64,000 nucleotides of DNA from Verrucomicrobium spinosum DSM 4136 = JCM 18804. Lineage in GTDB: Bacteria > Verrucomicrobiota > Verrucomicrobiia > Verrucomicrobiales > Verrucomicrobiaceae. Location: the NCBI RefSeq assembly GCF_000172155.1, contig NZ_ABIZ01000001.1, positions 2,139,105-2,203,104 of the forward strand, read 5' to 3'. Shown here piece by piece: positions 57,386 to 64,000 of the stretch; within the stretch, counting starts at the first letter, position 1, and each line of letters opens with the position of its first letter. The translations under genes were made by a program, and so were the position numbers. The notes beneath the pieces were generated by a model, which ran no database searches, was not told the DNA's origin, and was given only the letters and a program-made list of their open reading frames with translations.

Positions 57386-57957
57386 TGGAAGAGGGAGACG
57401 TCGATCAATGACTGATGGCCATGGAGATGCAGAAGGCACCGGGCTGGGCGCAAGTCTTGTCGCCCTCCCCACCTGATCACCTTCTCCGGAGATACCCAGG
57501 GTCTCCGTCCACTTCGTGGCCTTTGCTCCTGGGCTGGGCTCTGAGGGCCTTTCAGGCACCAAACCCGCTCCGGAGACTATCAACGGAGGACCGACCCGCC
57601 AAGGAACCGCCTCCAGGGCGTTCGAATGCGATGTTGCACGAATGTTTGGTTGCGCCTCACGAGGCCCCCCGCTGACTGACGTTCCCGGCAGGATGCCGGA
57701 AACAGCACGCAAGATGCGTGCGCTCCCCAGGCTGCTCCCCCGGCACCCCTTTTCGTGCATTACCCTGAGTCAGCCATCAGGTTTAAGGAATTGACGAAAA
57801 TGAGTTGATAGAAGGTTCTGTTTTACTGGGCATCTATTGTGGCTGGCAACCAACAGGCCGCATTCCAAAATTCTGGGATTAGATCCATCCGTGTGGAGTC
57901 AAGAGAGCGATCCCCCAGTGTTGTCGATGACGTCAACAACACCAAACAAACTGACCC

Positions 57958-58479
57958 ATGAAAATACTGACCCTACCCACCATCGCCGCAGCCCTGTTCG
58001 CCGGTTTTGCCATGCTTGCTACCGCCTCTGCTGAGGAAAAGAGCGCTTTGAGCGCTGCTGACCAAACGTTCGTGAAGACTGCCTCCCAGAGCGGAATGAG
58101 CGAAGTGAAGGTCGCAGAGCTTGGAGTGAAAAAGGCCGAAAACTCCGAGGTGAAGTCCTTCGCTGAGATGCTGGTCAAGCATCACACCGAGGCCAACACC
58201 GAACTTGGCAAGCTGGCCGAGGCCAAAGGAGTGCAACTCTCGGCCTCCGCACCGGCAGAAGCCGCTGACAAGGTCCAAGGCCTTGAGAAACAGAGTGGCA
58301 AGAACTTCGACAAAGAGTTCCTGCAAGGCTTGATTTCAAGCCACAAGAAGTCCATCAATAATTTTGAGAACGTCTCAGCTGAATCGAAGGATAGCGAGCT
58401 CAAGTCCTGGGTGGACAAAACCCTGCCGACTCTGAAGGCGCACCTTGAGCAGGCGCAGGCATTGGAAGCCAAGTACTAA
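57958..58479 (+). CDS. DUF4142 domain protein, secreted
   Basis: Signal peptide. DQTFVKTASQSGMSEVKVAELGVKKA…MLVKHHTEANTELGKLA is characteristic of DUF4142. Confidence 0.7.
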   Translation: MKILTLPTIAAALFAGFAMLATASAEEKSALSAADQTFVKTASQSGMSEVKVAELGVKKAENSEVKSFAEMLVKHHTEANTELGKLAEAKGVQLSASAPAEAADKVQGLEKQSGKNFDKEFLQGLISSHKKSINNFENVSAESKDSELKSWVDKTLPTLKAHLEQAQALEAKY

Positions 58480-58623
58480 CGGCTCCAACGAAGTCCCGCA
58501 GCGTCTGTGGGCTTTCGAGAATAAATCCCCGGCCCCCTTGCTGATCCCTATTTGTGATTGGTGAGGGGGTTTTTTTGAAGGGAAAGGGATCCTCCCCAAA
58601 CAAAAACACAACCCACTGAGATC

Positions 58624-59421
58624 ATGGTTATTCCTACAGACAGCTTGAAGGGAAAGGTAGCTGTGGTGACGGGTGCCGGTTCTGGACTGGGCAAAGCCAC
58701 TGCAAAGGTCCTGGCACATGCCGGGGCCAGGGTGCTGGTGTTGGGGCGTACCGCAGAGGAGATTCAGTGCACCGCAGAGGAGATCCATCACGGTGGCGGC
58801 GAGGCCATGGCTATCGAGGCAGATGTGGCCAAGGATGCAGATGTGAAGGCTGCCATGGCCCGGGCGGTAGGGACGGAGGGGCGAATTGACGTGGTATTTG
58901 CCAACGCCGGGATCAATGGCGTCTGGGCACCCATTGAGCTGATTGAGGAGAAAGAATGGGATGAGACCCTGGCCATCAATCTCAAGGGGACCTTCCTGAC
59001 GATCAAGCATGCCCTGCCTTTCATGAGGCAAGAGGGCGGTTCCGTGGTGGTGACCGCTTCGATCAATGGTACTCGCATTTTCAGCAACTCAGGAGCAACG
59101 GCCTATGCGTGCTCCAAGGCGGGGCAGGTGGCGCTGGTGAAGATGCTGGCGCTGGAACTGGCGCGCCATCGCATTCGGGTGAATGTCATTTGTCCTGGAG
59201 CGATTGAGAGCCGGATCGATGAGTCAACTGAGAAGCGGGAGCTGGAAGGGATTCACCTCCCGGTCGAGTTTCCGCAGGGGAATGTGCCCCTGACGGGAGG
59301 CGGGGCGGGGGCTGCAGGTCAGGTGGCAGAGCTGGTGTGGTTTCTGGCTTCTGACCTTTCATCGCACATTACGGGGACCGAGGTTTATATTGATGGGGCG
59401 CAGTCGTTGTTGCAGGGGTGA
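58624..59421 (+). CDS. SDR family oxidoreductase
   Basis: VTGAGSGLGKA (TGxxxGxG), NAG, and YxxxK (YACSKAGQVALVK). Confidence 0.85.
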   Translation: MVIPTDSLKGKVAVVTGAGSGLGKATAKVLAHAGARVLVLGRTAEEIQCTAEEIHHGGGEAMAIEADVAKDADVKAAMARAVGTEGRIDVVFANAGINGVWAPIELIEEKEWDETLAINLKGTFLTIKHALPFMRQEGGSVVVTASINGTRIFSNSGATAYACSKAGQVALVKMLALELARHRIRVNVICPGAIESRIDESTEKRELEGIHLPVEFPQGNVPLTGGGAGAAGQVAELVWFLASDLSSHITGTEVYIDGAQSLLQG

Positions 59422-59429
59422 GGGGGAAG

Positions 59430-59503
59430 GAATTAGAAATTAGAAATTAGAAATTAGGAATGATGAATTAGGAATGATGAATTAGGAATGATGAATTAGG
59501 AAT
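59430..59503. repeat. Compound microsatellite (GAAATTA)x4 + (GAATGATGAATTAG)x3, 9 bp after the SDR stop
   Basis: Direct reading. Confidence 0.9.
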
Positions 59504-59508
59504 GGGGG

Positions 59509-60125
59509 CACGAGCTTCAAGCTCCCTCCTGGTGCGGCCTTGCTCGTGACTCGTGGCTGCGTTTGTCAAAACGCGGTCAGAGGCGTTGCTTGCACCTCAA
59601 GGCAGCAAGCCATCCTTTACGGTCGCCTGCACCCACGCATTCTTACGAATGCGTCCACGAGCTTCAAGCTCCCTCCTGGTGCGGCCCTGTTCGTGACTCG
59701 TGGCTGCGTTTGTTAAAACGCGGTCAGCGGCGTTTCTTGGACCTTAGGGAAGCAAGCCATCCGTTACCGTCGCCCGCACCCACGCATTCTTACGAATGCA
59801 TCCACGAGCATCGAGTTGCCTCGTGGTGCGGCCCTGTTCGTGACTCGTGGCTGCGTTTGTTAAAACGCGGTCAGCGGCGTTTCTTGGACCTTAGGGAAGC
59901 AAGCCATCCGTTACCGTCGCCCGCACCCACGCATTCTTACGAATGCATCCACGAGCATCGAGTTGCCTCGTGGTGCGGCCCTGTTCGTGACTCGTGGCTG
60001 CGTTTGTCAAAACGCGGTCAGAGGCGTCGCTTGCACCTCAAGGCAGCAAGCCATCCCGCATGGTCGCCCGCACCTACGCATTCTTACGAATGCGTCCACG
60101 AGCTTCGAGTTCGCCCTCGTGATCG
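59509..60125. repeat. Tandem array of a 147-bp hairpin-rich unit, 4.2 copies, in an A-B-B-A variant order
   Basis: Unit starts (cacgagc…) at 59509, 59656, 59803, 59950 and 60097. Each unit carries CACGAGC…GCTCGTG, GCGTTTG-TYAA-AACGC and CGCATTC-TTAC-GAATGCG palindromes. Units 2 and 3 are identical. Confidence 0.9.
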
Positions 60126-60162
60126 GTGTCCACTTCAGGGATGAATTGCAGAAAAGCCCGCG

Positions 60163-60948
60163 TTACCGCTCATACAAATCCGTCGCATCTGCCGCAGCGA
60201 GTTCGACCAAATAACTCGCAAGACGGCTGGAGAGCAGGGCGGCGTATTGGGCGCCTTTTTCCGCGGTGGATGCCGCTGGCGTGCCGCTGCCGGTGTCTTG
60301 GGTGGCCTGGGTCCAGGCACGTTGTGCCCAGGCCCATTTCTCCTTCATGGCCTGGAGCTTCCAGGCGTTGGCTTTGCCGTCGCCCCAGGTCTCTTTGGGC
60401 AGCACCAGCTCGGGATGAAAGTGGAGCATGAGGCTGGTCTCGCGTTCGTCGGCGTGATCCCCGAGCACGTCGAAGATGCCGGCACCGCTGTCGATATTGG
60501 GCCAGAAGACGGTGCTGAGAAAGATCTGGGGCCACTTGGCCTGGAGCTCCCGGAGCATCTGCTTGAAGTCACTTCCTCCGTGCCCGTTAAAGACCACGAG
60601 CTTGGGGATGCCTACGCCGACCAGGGAGGCAATGACATCATTCAAAAGCGCCAGCTGGGTGCTGGGGTTCATGTTGATGCAGAAGGGGATGTCGAGCTGA
60701 CCCGTCTGCACGCCGAAGGGGATGTTGGGCAGGATGGCCACCTTGGCCCCTTGTTCCCAGGCCTGGCGACCGGCTTCAGAGCAGAGGGCGACGTTCTGAA
60801 AGCTGTCGGTTCCGTAGGGAAGGTGCCAGTTGTGGGCCTCGGTGGCGCCCATGGGGAGCACGGCCACCTCATACTTGGTGGACTGGACCTGCTTCCAGTT
60901 GGTCTCGGCAATGATCCAGGGGCGGGGGGCGGAGGATGAGGTGGACAT
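60163..60948 (-). CDS. Creatininase-family amidohydrolase
   Basis: VAVLPMGATEAHNWHLPYGTDS…VVFNGHGG…DHADERETS are creatininase family blocks. Confidence 0.75.
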   Translation of the reverse strand: MSTSSSAPRPWIIAETNWKQVQSTKYEVAVLPMGATEAHNWHLPYGTDSFQNVALCSEAGRQAWEQGAKVAILPNIPFGVQTGQLDIPFCINMNPSTQLALLNDVIASLVGVGIPKLVVFNGHGGSDFKQMLRELQAKWPQIFLSTVFWPNIDSGAGIFDVLGDHADERETSLMLHFHPELVLPKETWGDGKANAWKLQAMKEKWAWAQRAWTQATQDTGSGTPAASTAEKGAQYAALLSSRLASYLVELAAADATDLYER

Positions 60949-60986
60949 GGCAGGAAGAGATTGGCGGGCCGACAGGCTGTGGGTGC

Positions 60987-61724
60987 CTACCGGTAGCGAG
61001 TGAGGGATTCCAGGAAATGACGCGCCAGGTCGGTTCCGGGCTGCTCGAAGAACTGGCTGGCAGGTGCCGACTCGACGACAACACCGTGGTCAAGAAACAC
61101 CACCCAGTCTGCAACCTTGCGGGCAAAGGTGATCTCATGCGTGGAGAGCACGGTGCGCTGGCCGTCTTCCGCCAGACGGAGGATGAGGTCGAGCACCTCC
61201 TGTGTCATGACGGGATCGAGGGCTGAGGTGGGCTCATCCAGCAGGAGCAGGCCGGGCTTGGGAGCGATGGCGCGGGCCAGGGCGACGCGCTGCTGCTGAC
61301 CGCCGGACATTTCTGCGGGCCGCTTCTTCACATGCTCGGCCAGGCCAAACTTTTCGAGCGTCTCATGGGCCTGGTGAAGGGCCACCCGGGCGTTGATATC
61401 GTGAACCTCCCGCAGCGGCAGGGCGACATTTTCCTCGGCGCTGAGGTGGGGAAAGAGGTTGAAGCTCTGGAAGACGAACCCATTGCCGCGTCGCTGTTTG
61501 AGCATGGCCTCGTCTGTCCAACCCAAGGCAGTTCCGTTGATGTGGATGCTGCCTGAATCGGGAGTGAGCAGTGAGCCGAGAACTCGAAGCAGGGTGGACT
61601 TGCCGCTGCCCGATGCCCCCAACAGGACGAGGCAGTCCACATCAGCGGGCACCTCAAATGAGGCTCCGTCGAGAGCGACGTGGCTGCCGTAGCGTTTGAC
61701 GAGCTGGCTGACCTGAATATGCAT
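60987..61724 (-). CDS. Amino-acid ABC transporter ATP-binding protein
   Basis: Start at MHIQVSQLVKRYG. Walker A GASGSGKST. LSGGQQQRVALARA signature. Walker B LLLDEPTSALD. Confidence 0.85.
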   Translation of the reverse strand: MHIQVSQLVKRYGSHVALDGASFEVPADVDCLVLLGASGSGKSTLLRVLGSLLTPDSGSIHINGTALGWTDEAMLKQRRGNGFVFQSFNLFPHLSAEENVALPLREVHDINARVALHQAHETLEKFGLAEHVKKRPAEMSGGQQQRVALARAIAPKPGLLLLDEPTSALDPVMTQEVLDLILRLAEDGQRTVLSTHEITFARKVADWVVFLDHGVVVESAPASQFFEQPGTDLARHFLESLTRYR

Positions 61725-61761
61725 GCAGCGAAAGGTGGTGGGGCGGAAGCGGCAGCGTGAC

Positions 61762-62526
61762 CTAGGTTTCAAACTTGTAGCGTTCCTCGATCCGACGGGT
61801 CCACCAGGAAAGGGGGATGGTGAGCAGGATGTAAAGCACGGCCAGGGGGATGAACCCCTCCAGCGCCGTGTAGGCCTGGGCATTGGCGGCACGCACCATC
61901 TGCGTTAACTCCTCGACGCCAATCACGCTGAGGAGGGAGGAGTCCTTGATGAGCGAGACCATCTGGCCGGCGGTGCCCGGCAGGGCGCGGCGGAAGGCCT
62001 GGGGAAAGATGACAAAACGCCAGGTCTGCTGCTGATTGAAGCCCACCGCGCGAGCGGCCTCCAGCTGGGAGGCACCGATGGACTCCCAAGCACCGCGGAA
62101 GATCTCGGAGAGGTAGGAACTGTGGAACAGTGCCAGGAGGCAGACCCCGGGCAGCCAGGGCTTGGCGATGCCGAGGGCATTGGCCACGCCATAGTAGCCG
62201 ATGAGCAGCAGCACGAGCAGCGGGGTGCCCCGCACGAGCTCCACACATCCCCGGCAGGCCAGACGCACGGGGATCCACCGGCTGCGCTGGCCAAACATGA
62301 GAAGCAGCCCCAAGGGGACGCTGACCATGAGGGCCAGTGCGGAGACTACGACGGTAGCGCCCCAGCCACGGAGAATGAGCCACCGCCACTTCCACAGGGA
62401 TTCCCAGTGCCAGTTGTACTTGATGGCGTGGAAGACGAACCAGATTCCGAGAAGCATTCCCAAGCCCAGAAGGAGGTTCCAGACAACCTCTGCGAGAAGG
62501 GTTCGAGGTTTGGATTCTGGGGTCAT
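61762..62526 (-). CDS. Amino-acid ABC transporter permease (His/Gln/Glu/ectoine-type)
   Basis: Start at MTPESKPR. EAARAVGFNQQQTWRFVIFPQA EAA loop. Five TM helices. Confidence 0.8.
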   Translation of the reverse strand: MTPESKPRTLLAEVVWNLLLGLGMLLGIWFVFHAIKYNWHWESLWKWRWLILRGWGATVVVSALALMVSVPLGLLLMFGQRSRWIPVRLACRGCVELVRGTPLLVLLLIGYYGVANALGIAKPWLPGVCLLALFHSSYLSEIFRGAWESIGASQLEAARAVGFNQQQTWRFVIFPQAFRRALPGTAGQMVSLIKDSSLLSVIGVEELTQMVRAANAQAYTALEGFIPLAVLYILLTIPLSWWTRRIEERYKFET

Positions 62527-62575
62527 GAAGGAAGGCGGGGCACGGTGAAGTTGCCCCGGCGGATGGTCAAGCGAT

Positions 62576-63541
62576 TCAAGGGGGAGGGGGCTCTGGTGCC
62601 GGAGAGGCATCCGCTGCCACGGGGGGCGCGGCCCCTGGCGAAGGGGTTCCTTCAGCCGGGGTGACCGGCGCTTCCGGCGTAGCAGAGTTTTCCGGATCAG
62701 GTTTGGGCTCCGGTTCCATGGCGGGGTCCTGTTCGTCCACCAACACAGGTGGGGGCTCAAACCGCAGCCCCCGCCGGGGATTCATCTGGATGGCGCGCAG
62801 GTACTGCACGACGCCGTTGGCGACGGCTCCGATTACGCCGTCTTTGTACCCGTTGTCCGTGAAACAGAGCGACTCTGCCTGATGGGTGAGGTAGCCGCAC
62901 TCCACAAGGATGGCGGGGCATTCAGTCTGCATCACCACGATGAACTGGCAATCCCGCACATTCCGATCCGGTGCGCCGGTGGTACGGCAGACCCGGCTGT
63001 GAACCATTCCTGCGAGCCATTCACTGCGCACGTCTCGCACCGGGATGTCATGCCTCAAGCCCAGTAGCTCTCTGAGAGGGGCCATGCTGAACAGTTTTTT
63101 GCGAGAGCTGTAGTAGGTCTCGATCCCGTGAGTCTCAGCCGACTTGGCATCCGCATTGAGATGGAGGCTGATGAAGACTGCCGCCTTGGCCTGGTTTGCC
63201 ACCTCGCAACGCTCCTCCAGGGTCAGGTAGGTGTCGTCTTTTCGGGTCATGAGCACCTGACAGCCAGCCTCCTGCAGGCGTTTCTCCAGGCGGAGCGCCA
63301 GATCCAGGGAGATTTCTTTTTCCAATTGGCCAAAGCCCTGAGTACCCCCGTCGATCCCACCGTGGCCGGCGTCCACCACGACCAGAAATGGCAGCGGATC
63401 CGCTGCGGCCGCCTCGCTGAGCTGCTTTACGAGCCGTTCTTGCTCGTCGTCCCAGCTTTTTTCCACCATCCACAGGCAGACAACTGCCCCCAGCAGAGCG
63501 CTGGACGACAGGAACAGGCGGATGGCACCTCCGGGTGACAT
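62576..63541 (-). CDS. N-acetylmuramoyl-L-alanine amidase (Amidase_3) with Pro-rich C-terminal tail, membrane-anchored
   Basis: LVVVDAGHGGIDGG…VFISLHLNA…ILVECGYLTH. N-terminal TM. Confidence 0.75.
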   Translation of the reverse strand: MSPGGAIRLFLSSSALLGAVVCLWMVEKSWDDEQERLVKQLSEAAAADPLPFLVVVDAGHGGIDGGTQGFGQLEKEISLDLALRLEKRLQEAGCQVLMTRKDDTYLTLEERCEVANQAKAAVFISLHLNADAKSAETHGIETYYSSRKKLFSMAPLRELLGLRHDIPVRDVRSEWLAGMVHSRVCRTTGAPDRNVRDCQFIVVMQTECPAILVECGYLTHQAESLCFTDNGYKDGVIGAVANGVVQYLRAIQMNPRRGLRFEPPPVLVDEQDPAMEPEPKPDPENSATPEAPVTPAEGTPSPGAAPPVAADASPAPEPPPP

Positions 63542-63621
63542 GAAGGGGGGAAGACTTAAGCGCGATGGGAGCTTACAAAATTTCCGGTGGATTTGATGAT
63601 TAAATTTTATAAAATGGTCTC

Positions 63622-64000
63622 ATGCGTCCGCCTGGTCTCCACCTTTGCGGCATCGTGGCTCTGGCGTTCATGGCCAGCCCGATTCATGCCGCCAGCAAAA
63701 GCTCCTCTGCCAAACCCAAAACCCCGGCGAAGAGCAGTACGGTGAAGGCCGATACCGCGAAGTCGAAGTCTGGAAAGGACTCCGACGCGAAAGAACATGT
63801 CGTGAAAAAGGGGGAGACGCTCTGGAGCATCTCCCAGAAATACAGCACCAGCGTGGGCGAGGTGATGGAGCTCAACAAGCTGCCCAAGGAGTATGTGCGG
63901 GAGGGCATGAAGCTCAAGATACCGCCACGCGGCGGGTTGGTGGACCCCCGTACGGAGCGGCGCAAGGTCCACGTAGTGGATGATGAGGAGACGTTTTGGA
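63622..64000 (+). CDS. Secreted LysM domain protein (3' end lies outside the window)
   Basis: MRPPGLHLCGIVALAFMASPIHAA signal peptide. LysM HVVKKGETLWSISQKYSTSVGEVMELNKLPKEYVREGMKLKIP. Runs off the window end. Confidence 0.6.
   Translation, partial: MRPPGLHLCGIVALAFMASPIHAASKSSSAKPKTPAKSSTVKADTAKSKSGKDSDAKEHVVKKGETLWSISQKYSTSVGEVMELNKLPKEYVREGMKLKIPPRGGLVDPRTERRKVHVVDDEETFW

Noticed and set aside
59563-60144. 193-aa ORF across the 147-bp tandem array
   Set aside because: 147 = 49 codons, so the repeat keeps the frame open. The protein is a low-complexity periodic artefact.

Overview
This is a high-GC (about 60%) bacterial chromosomal window. The gene content is typical of the Planctomycetes-Verrucomicrobia-Chlamydiae group: DUF1549/DUF1553 plus DUF1501 pair, PVC-type heme-binding dehydrogenase, PSCyt cytochromes, PQQ-like beta-propellers, and a Bat-like vWA/DUF58 cluster. 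Around 60 mostly housekeeping and envelope genes are supportable, including folD, xylB, murI, prfA, rpmE, ftsK, pdxA, manA, two Amidase_3 genes, a flotillin and an SOS-type Y-family polymerase. The unusual feature is the non-coding DNA. (1) Two IS200-like HuH Y1 transposase homologues (RAYT-like) are present. One is flanked on both sides by tandem arrays of 96-bp REP doublets (REPINs), each REP preceded by GTAG. (2) A roughly 630-bp unit is tandemly repeated 2.3 times. Each unit begins with a 24-bp perfect inverted repeat enclosing a 46-bp loop that is inverted between copies, and a fragment of the family lies 13 kb away. (3) A composite hairpin element of about 80 bp is present three times, twice fused to a (GTCAGTGC)n octamer microsatellite. 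(4) Further 7-8-bp microsatellites sit immediately 3' of stop codons: (GGTGCGTT)16, (GTGATGGA)10 and a GAAATTA/GAATGATGAATTAG compound. (5) A 265-bp MITE-like element has 34-bp terminal inverted repeats, and nearby is a perfect 30-bp-stem hairpin. (6) A 147-bp hairpin-rich unit is tandemly repeated 4 times. (7) A Verrucomicrobia-type LexA box (TGTTC-N4-GAACA) sits between the Y-family polymerase gene and the first RAYT-like gene. No rRNA, tRNA or CRISPR locus could be supported. Many long antisense ORFs in the six-frame track are high-GC artefacts.
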